In this document: in pieces, positions 1 through 9,512 of the stretch
Layout: each line of letters opens with the position of its first letter
How positions within the stretch are numbered: the first letter of the stretch is position 1
NCBI GenBank assembly: GCA_018697295.1
Contig: JABHTJ010000002.1
Location: forward strand, 28,027 to 92,026
DNA from: an archaeon
Lineage (GTDB): Archaea; Nanobdellota; Nanobdellia; Pacearchaeales; GW2011-AR1
Direction: 5' to 3'
Length of the DNA stretch: 64,000 bases
Translations under genes and position numbers: made by a program
Notes under the pieces: model-generated
Database searches by the model: none
What the model saw: the letters and a program-made list of their open reading frames with translations, nothing else
What the model was told of the DNA's origin: nothing

Positions 1-800
1 TTTGAGTTTTTTTCTCGTCGTTGATTAATGCTGCGACATAAAGTGCTGCTGCTGCAATTCCTGAAGGTCCTCGTCCACTTGTTAGTTCTGAAATTTCTGC
101 CTTCTTTAAAATTTTAAGTGCTTCATTTTGGGCAGCTGGAGATAAATGGAGGCTGCTAGAAAATCTTGAAATATAATCTTTTGGAGAACTTGGAGTTACT
201 TTTAATCCAATTTTTCGAATGATGAATCTATAGGTTCTTCCAATTTCTTTTCGTTCGACCTCAGATGCATTTGAAATTTCGTCGAGTGTTCTTGGAATAT
301 TATAGGATCTGCACGCAGCATAAATACATGCGGCAATCACTGATTCCATTGATCTTCCTCGGACAAGTCCTCGTTGTAGGACAAAATTATAAATTCGTGC
401 TGACTCGTCTTTTACAACTGAAGGTAAATCTAAGAAAGATGCCACTCTTCGAAGTTCGGACATTGCAAGACGTAAATTTCTTTCAATAGAAGTTGAAACT
501 CTTTCCTGCCATTTTTTTAATCGCAAATATTTTCTTGTTGCTTGAGTTGAATCTAATCTATAAATGTCTGAAATTTCTCCGACGTTAGTTGTTAATCCTT
601 TATCGAATTTTTGTAAGGAAATTGGTGCTCCTCCTCGAGACTTTTTTTCGGATTTATCAAATGAACGCAATTCGTGAGAAGTATCCACCATTTGCTCTTC
701 TACTAATAATCCGCATGCACTACAAATTACTTCTCCTCGTGTCTCGTCGTAAATTAATTTAGAACTACTACACTCTGGACATTTCTGAGGTTTGGCCATC
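1..800 (-). CDS. tfb: Transcription initiation factor IIB (TFB), N-terminus in window (start codon at 800-798), C-terminus runs off the window edge
   Basis: Reverse-complement translation from 800 gives MAKPQKCPECSSSKLIYDETRGEVICSACGLLVEEQMVDTSHELRSFDKS... This is an N-terminal Zn-ribbon (CPEC...CSAC) followed by a cyclin-fold-like region. There is no stop before position 1. It is absent from the ORF track only because it is open-ended. Confidence 0.8.
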
Positions 801-887
801 GTTAAACTTAAAAAGGGTTTTCTTTTTTAAAGCTTTCTATAGAATTTTATTACTCGAAAGTTTTTTTATTTTAATTTTGTGGAGAAT

Positions 888-1247
888 TTATTCAATTAAA
901 ACTGCTTGAACATTTCCTTCTTGGGAAGGCCTATTGGTAATTTTTGCTTTTCCAAGTTCAGTTTCAATGACTGCACCTTTGACCAAGATATTTTGTCTTG
1001 CAAGGAACGTATTCGATTGTGTTTCTAATACATTTTTTATTTGAGATTTTTTTCCCTTGCCGTTTTGTATTACGTTTGCAATTTTTTGAGCAAATGAAAC
1101 TCGTTTTTTTGCTCCGCCCCTCATCTTTAATAATTTTGTTTTCTCTTCGCCAATTTTTACAATTCTTGCTTGGCCAGGTCTACCTGTAAGCTTTTTCTTT
1201 CTAGGTTTTATGTACCTTCCACCACTCATTTTCTTTCCCGATTTCAT
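888..1247 (-). CDS. Small very basic KOW-like protein (possibly ribosomal protein eL14-like) with K/R-rich N-terminal extension
   Basis: 119 aa. The segment NGKGKKSQIKNVLETQSNTFLARQNILVKG resembles the KOW core of archaeal L14e (AGKKCVIVDIIDSNFVLVTG). The N-terminal 50 aa are lysine/arginine/glycine-rich. The assignment is tentative. Confidence 0.3.
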   Translation of the reverse strand: MKSGKKMSGGRYIKPRKKKLTGRPGQARIVKIGEEKTKLLKMRGGAKKRVSFAQKIANVIQNGKGKKSQIKNVLETQSNTFLARQNILVKGAVIETELGKAKITNRPSQEGNVQAVLIE

Positions 1248-1376
1248 ATTTTTTTTACCAAATGAGAGTTTAAATAGCTTTTGGACACTATTTTTTAGAA
1301 TTATAATTTTCTTTCCATTGGATAAATTTAGATTGGATAAACGTAAATTTATATATTTTGATTTTTTACATTTTTT

Positions 1377-2144
1377 ATGAAAGAGAAGGTTGTCATTTGG
1401 TCGATTGTTATTTCTATGATTGTTTTTATTAGCCTTATAGGGATTTATTTTAATCTAATTCCGATTTCCTATAATCCTGGAGATAATTTTGATGTTACTT
1501 TAACTATTAATGGTCCTGGTGATGGTGACGATGGTGGTTCTGATGGCTCTGGCGGTGGAGGCGGAGGCGGAGGCGGAGGAGCTGAGGGTGGCTCTGGAAA
1601 TGGAATTTGTAGTGAACTTTGGGAATGTAGTTTTTGGATGGAATGTGTTAATGTGAAAGATGAATTTCCTCTAGGTTTTTTGAGTGAGGAAAATTATGCT
1701 GTTGCAAAAGAATTATGTTCGTTTGAGGATTATAATGAAGAAATTTGTGGTTATCAAATAAGAACTTGTGAAGATTCTCAGAGTTGTAACAATGAAATCT
1801 TAATTAATGAGATGCCAAGTTTGTTTCAGGCCTGTTATTTTGTAGAAAATCCAAGTTGTACAGATGGCATAGTTAATTGTCATGATGATTCTTGTGAATT
1901 GGGAATTGATTGTGGAGGTCCATGCGAATCTTGTGAACTTGAGAAACCAAGTAGTAATTCCCTTTCTTGGTTTTCAAAAATTCTTATCTTTTTTGGATTT
2001 AAATCCCCCATAACTTCTAATGAATTGATTATCGGAGGAATTATTGTAAGTGGTCTTATGATGATTGCCCTAATTATTTATTGGATCTTGATTTTTTTTG
2101 ATTTTGCCTTTTCTTTTGGGAATAGAAATGCTTTCAAAAAATGA
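1377..2144 (+). CDS. Secreted/membrane-anchored Cys/Trp-rich protein with poly-Gly linker and C-terminal TM anchor
   Basis: N-terminal hydrophobic segment, then a G/D/S linker (GGGGGGGGGG). The cysteine-rich module is CSELWECSFWMEC...ICGYQIRTCEDSQSC...DCGGPCESC. The C-terminal hydrophobic anchor is GFKSPIT...GGIIVSGLMMIALIIYW. The module and tail are paralogous to the C-terminus of the 9513-10973 product. Confidence 0.6.
   Translation: MKEKVVIWSIVISMIVFISLIGIYFNLIPISYNPGDNFDVTLTINGPGDGDDGGSDGSGGGGGGGGGGAEGGSGNGICSELWECSFWMECVNVKDEFPLGFLSEENYAVAKELCSFEDYNEEICGYQIRTCEDSQSCNNEILINEMPSLFQACYFVENPSCTDGIVNCHDDSCELGIDCGGPCESCELEKPSSNSLSWFSKILIFFGFKSPITSNELIIGGIIVSGLMMIALIIYWILIFFDFAFSFGNRNAFKK
1551..1590 (+). 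repeat. (GGC/GGA)n trinucleotide tract encoding poly-Gly linker; a second tract lies at 10318-10352
   Basis: ggcggtggaggcggaggcggaggcggagga here, and gagggggcggagggggcggaggagctggagg in the 9513 gene. Confidence 0.6.
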
Positions 2145-2264
2145 TTTAGGGAATTTTTCTTAGAAAATTAAAGTTTTTCCATTTTTCGAATTTGTCCTCG
2201 GGAAGTTTATTTTTTTAAAATAATTAAATTTTATCTGATTGGTTGTTCTACATTTTTACCCCAC

Positions 2265-2276
2265 AAAATTTATAAG
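2265..2276 (+). promoter_or_regulatory. BRE/TATA-like element (aaaatttataag) upstream of giant surface-protein gene
   Basis: A-rich then tttataa, ~30 nt before the ATG at 2303. Confidence 0.3.
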
Positions 2277-2302
2277 CAGTTTTTGCATGAATAAGGTATA
2301 CT

Positions 2303-5300
2303 ATGAGTTATGAAAAGTTCGTGATAAAAAAGGGGAAAAAATACGGTCCGTATATTTATGAAAGTTATAGAGATTCGGATGGCCATGTCAAAAAACGTTA
2401 TCTTGGAAAAGGAACTGAGAAGAAAAAATCTCTTGTATCTAAAAAATCTCCTAATTCAATTTTTCCAAATAAAAAATTCTCTATTTTTCTAATTTTTGGT
2501 CTTTTGATTTTTGGTCTTTTGATTTTTGGTCTTTCTGATTCTTCTTTTTCGGATGTTAATTTCTTTTCAGGATCTTCTTCAACCGGCACTGGCCAGGAGG
2601 TGGATTTTTTTGGAACTGAAAGTTTTTTGGGTGTTGACGTTTTTTCAGATTTTTCTTCTTTGTTTTCAGGATATCTTATTTTTGAAGAATTATCTGATTC
2701 AGAGGATGCTCTAGAAGAATCTGAAGAAGAAGTTGTTGAAGAATCTGAAGACAGTTCGGAGCCTGTTGAAGAGAGCCTTGATGATTCTGAAGGGATTGAC
2801 TCTCTTGAAAATGAATTGGATTCCTCTGATAATGAATCGGTCGAAGAGATTTTAGAAGAGGAACCCTCATTGAATGAAACTTCTTTAGAAGAAGGTTCTG
2901 GTGCCGAAGATAATCAAAGTATTGAAGAAGACGATTTAGTTAATGAAACTATTAGTGAATCTGTGTCTGTTGGGAATATTTCTTTGGATGATTCTCTTTC
3001 CAATGAGACCTCTGCAGACGATGATGAGATTAACAATTCACTTCCTCTTTCAAATGAAACTTTGGAGAATGTTTCTCTTACTAATAACACGTTGATTGGA
3101 AATGTTACCGTCATTCTCAAGGAAATTGTTGAAAATACTTCGACGACACTCCAATATAGGGCAGTTATTGGTCGGCCGGTTAAATGGGTGAAAAAAGTTA
3201 ATCTTGATGTCGCCGAAAATGTTACTCTCGAAATTCCTCTTGAAGCCGAAAATATTTCTGTTCTGACTGGGATTGAAGTTGCGCAAGTTTTAGATGGTTT
3301 GGAGAATGATGAATTGGCGATTGAAGAAATTGATCGAGAGGAAATTTCTGCCGGAGTTTTGACAGGGTATGTTTCTTATGAAACTTCTTCTACTGGTTCG
3401 GGGGTTTTAACTCGGTTTTGGAATTGGTTTATCCAAAGAGTTCGAATTTCTGGAAATGTAATTTCTGAAGTTAATCTGAGCAGTGCAATAATAACTGATT
3501 CAGAGGTTCTTCAAATTGACTTGAATAATGTTTCTCAAACAACAGATGAATTAGCGATTGAATACTATACTGCTGCTCCTGAGGCTATCGAGATTAATAT
3601 TCCTCAAGGAAAACGAATTATCGTTTCTGCGAATGATTCTTTAAACTATACAGAGGTTCTAGCTTTTGTTGATTTAGAAGGTCATGGAATTAAAATTAAT
3701 GATACCCGATTAAGATTATATTGGTATCCAGATACTTTTGATGGTTCGGTTTCTGTTCAATCTCGTGTTGAAACTCTTCTTGGGAAAAAAACTATTTCTG
3801 GAGAAAGAATTCCTGCAGAATTTGTCCAGTATGATTTTGATAATGATGGATTTTTAGATTATATTGAATGGGTTGTGCCACATTTATCTGCTCAAACTTA
3901 CGAGATTATAATTGAAATTATTGCTGCAGACCACCTTGATTCTAATCGAACATTTATTTCAAATATTTATAATGAAACTTTTACTCTTGACGATGTTTGG
4001 AGTGAACCAATTTTTAATGGCGAATATGTGCGAGTCACTTTTGAGAAGCCATTAGCATCTTGGAATGATATAACTGTTTTTTCAAAAAGTAATTCTGAAA
4101 CTGTAAACGGTTCTGGAAATTCGAATATGACTATTGAAGTTTATTTAGAAAATGGAACTGAAGTTATCACGTCATTTCCTTATTTGAACGAATCAAATTA
4201 TACGAAAGTTTTATTGACTGGAATGCTTGGAAGTCATAACACTTTCGATTTGAAAATTATTTCATTGAACAATGAAACTAATTCTTCTCTTATTTTTGAC
4301 CACATTATCGATCCCTCAGGAGTTCCTGGAGAAGTTTCTATTGATTTCGAATATGAAACGACCTTGGACGACGGAGCATACACTCAAAATGATTTCCTCG
4401 AGGTTACTGTTAACACTACCGATAATGAGACGAGCAATAATTTGTCTACAATTCTTAATTATGATAACTCTGTTATTGATATTCTTCGTTTCGATACAGA
4501 TTATGATGGATCTTTTGGAACTTTAAGTGGCGTTCTTTCTGGCGGTTCAATTAGTGATCCTGGCCGGTTCGGGTCTAGTTTTTTGGGAACTGGAGTGGCA
4601 GGTTCGGGAGTTAATTATACTCTTGGTGAACTTAATATTAATCCGAATGATGAATTCAGTGTGAGTTTGTGGTTTAGGCGAGAAGCGACAGTTCATGGTT
4701 GGTTAGTTAGTGAGCCAAATACTGCTCAGCGTTCATTCGATGTATTTATGCAGAATAGCGTTCTTAAGTTTCGATTGTATGATGGTAGGACGACACTATC
4801 CACCCTTAGTCAAGAGGGATTAAGTGCTAATGATGGTGGTTGGCATCACTTGGTTGCAGTGTATGATGGGTCTACGGCTTATCTTTATCTAGATGGAATG
4901 TTAAATAAGAGTGCTGCTGCTTCAGGCGTTAAAAGTGCTGTTTTTAGTGATGTTTTTATTGGGCGAACTAGGACATTAACTATTCCATGGGATGGAGATA
5001 TCGACGACGTTGTTCTTTATAATCGGTCGATAGCTTATGAAGAGGTTGTCATGCTTTTTAATGGGACAAATATGACTGTTAATTTTACTGGCCTTGGTGA
5101 AGGGCTTCATACACTCAAGGCTTATGGGACAAATACTTTTGGTGATTTAAATGAAACTGTAGAAAGGACTGTAGGTATTGATTTTAATAATCCTGTTGCT
5201 AGTTTTTTCTTTGACGAAGTTATTGGAACTGAAAATACAACTATTAAAGATAGTTTTGCAATTGCGCACGGGGTAGACTCTTACGAGGAGAGAGAGAACT

Positions 5301-8239
5301 TATTATTTTTTAGCGGCGAAGATAATTTTACTAATGTAACCTCTTTTATTAGTGTTGACGACGACATTTTTGCCTGGTATCGGATGGAGGAAAATAATGC
5401 AACCGGCATTCAAGATTATTTTGGAAATTATAATGGCTCTACTAATGGAGAAGAAATTGTTTCTTCTGGACGATTTGGTAAGGGTCTTAAATTCACGGCA
5501 CAAGATTATGTGGAGGGAGTTAATTTTTCAAGTGCTACTTTTAATGATGGAAAAAACTTTACGGTAAGTGTTTGGTTTAAGAATTCTGCACCAACGCTTC
5601 CAGACAATAATTATCTTTTTAGTTATCGAGATTCCTCAGTTGGGTCTAATGATTTAATTGACTTGTATGTTGACAATAATGAACAAGTGGTTGCAAAAAT
5701 TTATGGTGGGAGTTCTGTGACGATGTTTAGTGGTGGTGGAAGTGTGGGAGATACCGAATGGCATAATGTCGTCGTTACTGGATTGCAGGGAACTACTATG
5801 GGGAGTTACCAGTCTAGACTTTATTTGGATGGGGTCGAGGTAGACACTGGGGCTAGTACTACTTTTGGCACAGCATCAAATAAATTTTATATTGGAAAAC
5901 GATTTAATGGGAATTTTGCTTTTGACGGAATTATAGATGACGTTTTGTTAATTAAACGTACACTTACTGATGGAGAAGTTCAATCTCTTTATGCTAATGC
6001 TACTCAATTAAACACAACCACTCTGGATGAAGATTTTATTACTAATGGGATTCACAACTATACGACGTATACTCAAGATCTTGGAGGGAATGTTAATTGG
6101 ACGAATGAATCTTTGCTTCATAATGCCTCTCTTATTATGGCTTGTCGTGACTTAGGAGTTCCTGGAAGAAATTATTGGCTTGTTGAAAATATTAGTTCCA
6201 CTGGAGACTGCATAACTTTTAACAATAGTAATCAAGTTCTTTTCCTCAATGGAACTAATTTATATGGTTCTAGCCTCGGTTCGGGAGTGATCACCAATCC
6301 AAATTTTGAAAACTCCACTATTTATGGCGGGATTATTAATGGTTTTGCACAAGGAATTTTGAATCTTATGAATTTTACCCGAATAGACAATGTTACTGTT
6401 ATTGGTTCTGCGGTTTCAGGGATTGCATTTCAGGAAAGTAATCATTCATTTTTATCTAATATTTCTGTTCGTGGTTCTCCTACTGGAATAAACTATAGTC
6501 GTTCGAATGGAAATTATTTGTATTGGTTTAATTCCTCGGCAAGTTCTATTCCGCTTTATGTCCACTCTTCTTCAAATAATACCCTTATTGATGGTTTTGT
6601 TGATAAGGCCGGACTTATAGATTTCGGAGGGTCTGGAGGTGTTCTAGTATGGGGCGTTACTAATGGTTCTTCAAATAATACTTTTGAAAATATTACTTTT
6701 ACTGGAACTTCAGAACTTGCATTTAATGACACTTCGATATTTACTTCTTATAATGTTGAAAATTCTTATATAAATAATACAATCCCTTCAACTTTTGATT
6801 GGGATTATTATTTCGAAAATTCCAGTCCTCTAAAATATAATTTTTCGGGGAATAGTATAGAATATTCTAATGAGTTTGCAGGAGTTAAGTTTTACAATGA
6901 ATCTATTGTTGCTTCTGGAGATAATTTTTCCTCAGTTATCAGTCTTGCTTCCAATAATTTGACAGTTGATTCAACTAACAATCCTGAATTTAATTATAGT
7001 GGGCAGGTTACTTTGAAAGGTTTAGGGTTTAGTTCAAACATCTATCCTATAGTTGATTTTAATGATGACACTGAATATGAGACTTGCACTTCTGGAGATG
7101 GAATTTGTACAAATGTTAGTTATTCTAGTGGAACGTTTATTTATAATGTAAGTCATTTTACTACTTATTCTTCGGATGATGATCTTGCTCCTCTTGATCC
7201 TGAAGTTACTATTAATTTTGAAGGTCCAAATAATTGGACTAATGAAACTATTTACTGCAATTCAACCATTATTGATCCGGATGACACTAAACTTATCAGT
7301 GTTAATGTTAGTTGGTATGAGGGAAGTAGTCTTCTTTATACTGCAATACATTCAAGCGAAGGGAATAATACAGTTCTATCTTCATCCTTGCTTTCAGGAA
7401 ATACTAGTAAGGGTTATAGGCTTAATTGTAGAGTACAAATAACTTCTCCTGGTTGGGGCGCACAAAGTGCTATAGTTCAATCTTCAATAGCTAATGTTTT
7501 GAATTATAATACTACCCTTACTCCTACTTCTCCTGCTAATAATTCTGAGACCCTTGATAGGACTCCTTACATGAATTGGTCATATTATGACCTTGATGGA
7601 GATATCCCCTCAGATTATGAGTTGAATATCACTGCATACCAAATTTCTGGCGGGGCTGCATGTAGTGATTCTCAATTAATTACTGGCATTTCAACTAACT
7701 TTACTTTAATTCCTACAGACCTTGCTTGTCTTCATGATAATGGTTATCAGTATCGGTGGAAGGTTCAAGAAACTGGTGTTGCTAGTATTGGGTGGTCTGA
7801 TGAATATACCTTTAATGTTACTGGAGTTCTTGATATGACTTTGACAAATTCTGAAATTAATTTTACCTCTTTAGATCTTGGTGACTCCAATGACACAATA
7901 GATGACAGTCCATTGCCGTTTGTTATTGAAAATACTGGGACCGTTATTCTTAATATTAGTATGAACTCGACATTTATTTGGGAATCTGATCAGGGAGAAA
8001 GTACGGACTATCAATTCAAGGTAGATAATACTTCTGAGCTTGGTTCTTTTGATTGGACGAGTTCAGCTACGAATTTGATTGATACGCGTATTTTGGAAAT
8101 TATTCAAATTGTTAGTTTCTTGAAATATGCTGATGCGAACGATGAAGTTGAAGTTGATATTTCTCTTACAGTTCCTTCGGGTGAGCCTCCGGGTTTGAAA
8201 CAGACAGAGATTATTTATACGGGGGTTTTGGCAGAATGA
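2303..8239 (+). CDS. Giant (1978 aa) cell-surface protein with N-terminal signal-anchor, acidic stalk, two LamG/concanavalin-like segments, beta-helix-like NxT-rich region and very dense N-glycosylation sequons
   Basis: A single uninterrupted ORF. The basic N-tail (KKGKKYGPY...KKRYLGKG) is followed by a TM segment FSIFLIFGLLIFGLLIFGL encoded by a 15-nt tandem repeat. Next comes an E/S/D-rich low-complexity region. The LamG-like motif occurs twice: FSVSLWFRREATVHGWLVS...GGWHHLVAVYDGSTAYLYLDGML and FTVSVWFKNS...EWHNVVVTG...SRLYLDGVEV. N-x-S/T sequons run throughout. A TATA-like box sits about 30 nt upstream. Confidence 0.75.
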   Translation: MSYEKFVIKKGKKYGPYIYESYRDSDGHVKKRYLGKGTEKKKSLVSKKSPNSIFPNKKFSIFLIFGLLIFGLLIFGLSDSSFSDVNFFSGSSSTGTGQEVDFFGTESFLGVDVFSDFSSLFSGYLIFEELSDSEDALEESEEEVVEESEDSSEPVEESLDDSEGIDSLENELDSSDNESVEEILEEEPSLNETSLEEGSGAEDNQSIEEDDLVNETISESVSVGNISLDDSLSNETSADDDEINNSLPLSNETLENVSLTNNTLIGNVTVILKEIVENTSTTLQYRAVIGRPVKWVKKVNLDVAENVTLEIPLEAENISVLTGIEVAQVLDGLENDELAIEEIDREEISAGVLTGYVSYETSSTGSGVLTRFWNWFIQRVRISGNVISEVNLSSAIITDSEVLQIDLNNVSQTTDELAIEYYTAAPEAIEINIPQGKRIIVSANDSLNYTEVLAFVDLEGHGIKINDTRLRLYWYPDTFDGSVSVQSRVETLLGKKTISGERIPAEFVQYDFDNDGFLDYIEWVVPHLSAQTYEIIIEIIAADHLDSNRTFISNIYNETFTLDDVWSEPIFNGEYVRVTFEKPLASWNDITVFSKSNSETVNGSGNSNMTIEVYLENGTEVITSFPYLNESNYTKVLLTGMLGSHNTFDLKIISLNNETNSSLIFDHIIDPSGVPGEVSIDFEYETTLDDGAYTQNDFLEVTVNTTDNETSNNLSTILNYDNSVIDILRFDTDYDGSFGTLSGVLSGGSISDPGRFGSSFLGTGVAGSGVNYTLGELNINPNDEFSVSLWFRREATVHGWLVSEPNTAQRSFDVFMQNSVLKFRLYDGRTTLSTLSQEGLSANDGGWHHLVAVYDGSTAYLYLDGMLNKSAAASGVKSAVFSDVFIGRTRTLTIPWDGDIDDVVLYNRSIAYEEVVMLFNGTNMTVNFTGLGEGLHTLKAYGTNTFGDLNETVERTVGIDFNNPVASFFFDEVIGTENTTIKDSFAIAHGVDSYEERENLLFFSGEDNFTNVTSFISVDDDIFAWYRMEENNATGIQDYFGNYNGSTNGEEIVSSGRFGKGLKFTAQDYVEGVNFSSATFNDGKNFTVSVWFKNSAPTLPDNNYLFSYRDSSVGSNDLIDLYVDNNEQVVAKIYGGSSVTMFSGGGSVGDTEWHNVVVTGLQGTTMGSYQSRLYLDGVEVDTGASTTFGTASNKFYIGKRFNGNFAFDGIIDDVLLIKRTLTDGEVQSLYANATQLNTTTLDEDFITNGIHNYTTYTQDLGGNVNWTNESLLHNASLIMACRDLGVPGRNYWLVENISSTGDCITFNNSNQVLFLNGTNLYGSSLGSGVITNPNFENSTIYGGIINGFAQGILNLMNFTRIDNVTVIGSAVSGIAFQESNHSFLSNISVRGSPTGINYSRSNGNYLYWFNSSASSIPLYVHSSSNNTLIDGFVDKAGLIDFGGSGGVLVWGVTNGSSNNTFENITFTGTSELAFNDTSIFTSYNVENSYINNTIPSTFDWDYYFENSSPLKYNFSGNSIEYSNEFAGVKFYNESIVASGDNFSSVISLASNNLTVDSTNNPEFNYSGQVTLKGLGFSSNIYPIVDFNDDTEYETCTSGDGICTNVSYSSGTFIYNVSHFTTYSSDDDLAPLDPEVTINFEGPNNWTNETIYCNSTIIDPDDTKLISVNVSWYEGSSLLYTAIHSSEGNNTVLSSSLLSGNTSKGYRLNCRVQITSPGWGAQSAIVQSSIANVLNYNTTLTPTSPANNSETLDRTPYMNWSYYDLDGDIPSDYELNITAYQISGGAACSDSQLITGISTNFTLIPTDLACLHDNGYQYRWKVQETGVASIGWSDEYTFNVTGVLDMTLTNSEINFTSLDLGDSNDTIDDSPLPFVIENTGTVILNISMNSTFIWESDQGESTDYQFKVDNTSELGSFDWTSSATNLIDTRILEIIQIVSFLKYADANDEVEVDISLTVPSGEPPGLKQTEIIYTGVLAE
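2493..2537 (+). repeat. Three tandem copies of a 15-nt unit (tttttggtcttttga) inside the giant gene, encoding FGLLI-FGLLI-FGLS of the signal-anchor helix
   Basis: Direct reading: two copies are identical and the third has one change. Confidence 0.7.
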
Positions 8240-9447
8240 TAGTTAACAAGAAGTTCTTTTTAGCGATAGGATTTATTTTATTGGTCGGAATTTTTAACTT
8301 AGATGTAGTTAGTTCAATTTCTATTTCTCCTGCTCGGACAACAATGGATTTTGTTTCGGGAACTTCTCGAGAAATTAGTGTGACTATTTATAATATTGAA
8401 GATAAGAAAGTTGATTATTCTATCGAAGCTCATGGAGACTTAGCTTCTTATATTAGCGATTATCCAAAAATAGTTTCTTTTGAATCTGGCGAAGCATCTA
8501 AAGTTTTTACTTATAAAGTTACCTTGCCGGAAAGTTTAGATCCCGGGATTAATGAGGGAGGAGTTTCAATTACTGAACTTGCGGATGAGAATTCCGATGC
8601 TCAAGTTTTTGCACGAGTTTCAGTTGTTAGTCAATTGTATGTTTATTCATTGCATCCGGGAAAATATGCTAATGCTAATTTCAAAATTATTAGTGCTGAC
8701 CAGGGAGGAGATGTTGAATTTATTTTTCCAATTGCGAGTCAAGGAACTTTTGATATAACCAATATTCGGGCTCAAATTGATATTAAAAATCTTGAAGGAG
8801 ATTTAATTGATAGTTTTACGACTCCTGGAATCGAAGTTAAGAGTGGAGAGAAAAAAGATTTGAAATATTTATGGAGTGCGGATTTCCCTGAAGGAGAATA
8901 CACTGCATTTGCAAGTTTAATTTATGATGAAGATACATTATCTTTCGAAGAGAACTTTCATATTGGGGATAAGGATTTGGAATTAGAAGACATTTACGTT
9001 GAGGATTTTTCTCTTGGAGAAATTGTTAAATTAGAAATGCTTGTTAAAAATAATTGGAATAAACCTCTTGAAAGGGTGTATCTTTTAGCAGATATTTATG
9101 ACGATACAGGTGTTGTTTCTACTTTTGAATCTGCAAGTCATACAATTGATGCTGGTTCAAAATATTCTTTTAATTCATTCTGGGATACTGACGGTGTTTT
9201 GCCCGGTTCTTATTTTGCAGATATTGGAGTTCACTATGAAGATTATGGATTTTCTAAAGAGACAGTTATTTTTGAAGTCTCTGAGAATGAATTAAAAATT
9301 GTTGGTCTTGGAAATGTTGTTAGTTCGAGTCCTTTTGAAGTTGGTTCTAACTTGATTCTTTGGATTGTTATTGGATTGTTAGTTCTTGTAATTTTTGTAA
9401 TCTTAATTGTTTTCTATCGGAGAAAGAAAAAAAAGCGGAAGAAATAA
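8236..9447 (+). CDS. Surface protein (signal peptide, C-terminal TM plus polybasic tail), start overlaps stop of giant gene (ATGA)
   Basis: N-terminus is MIVNKKFFLAIGFILLVGIF. The C-terminus ends LILWIVIGLLVLVIFVILIVFYRRKKKKRKK. It is paralogous to the 57039-58247 product (HGDLASYIS vs EGDLKDYAS region). Confidence 0.65.
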   Translation: MIVNKKFFLAIGFILLVGIFNLDVVSSISISPARTTMDFVSGTSREISVTIYNIEDKKVDYSIEAHGDLASYISDYPKIVSFESGEASKVFTYKVTLPESLDPGINEGGVSITELADENSDAQVFARVSVVSQLYVYSLHPGKYANANFKIISADQGGDVEFIFPIASQGTFDITNIRAQIDIKNLEGDLIDSFTTPGIEVKSGEKKDLKYLWSADFPEGEYTAFASLIYDEDTLSFEENFHIGDKDLELEDIYVEDFSLGEIVKLEMLVKNNWNKPLERVYLLADIYDDTGVVSTFESASHTIDAGSKYSFNSFWDTDGVLPGSYFADIGVHYEDYGFSKETVIFEVSENELKIVGLGNVVSSSPFEVGSNLILWIVIGLLVLVIFVILIVFYRRKKKKRKK

Positions 9448-9512
9448 TTAATTAAAATGGTGATGAATAATGAAAAAAATAAATTTATATACGACGTTTT
9501 TCTAAAAACACT

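Noticed and set aside
265-489. 74-aa plus-strand ORF at the window start
   Set aside because: Lies entirely antisense to the well-supported TFB gene (minus strand, 1-800). No recognisable motifs.
998-1189. 63-aa plus-strand ORF
   Set aside because: Antisense to the basic KOW-like gene at 888-1247. Low-complexity F/L-rich translation typical of reading AT-rich DNA out of frame.
2398-3286. Several 60-80 aa ORFs on both strands inside the 5' part of the giant gene
   Set aside because: All are nested in, or antisense to, the single 5.9-kb ORF. They are low-complexity products of the E/S-rich repeats.
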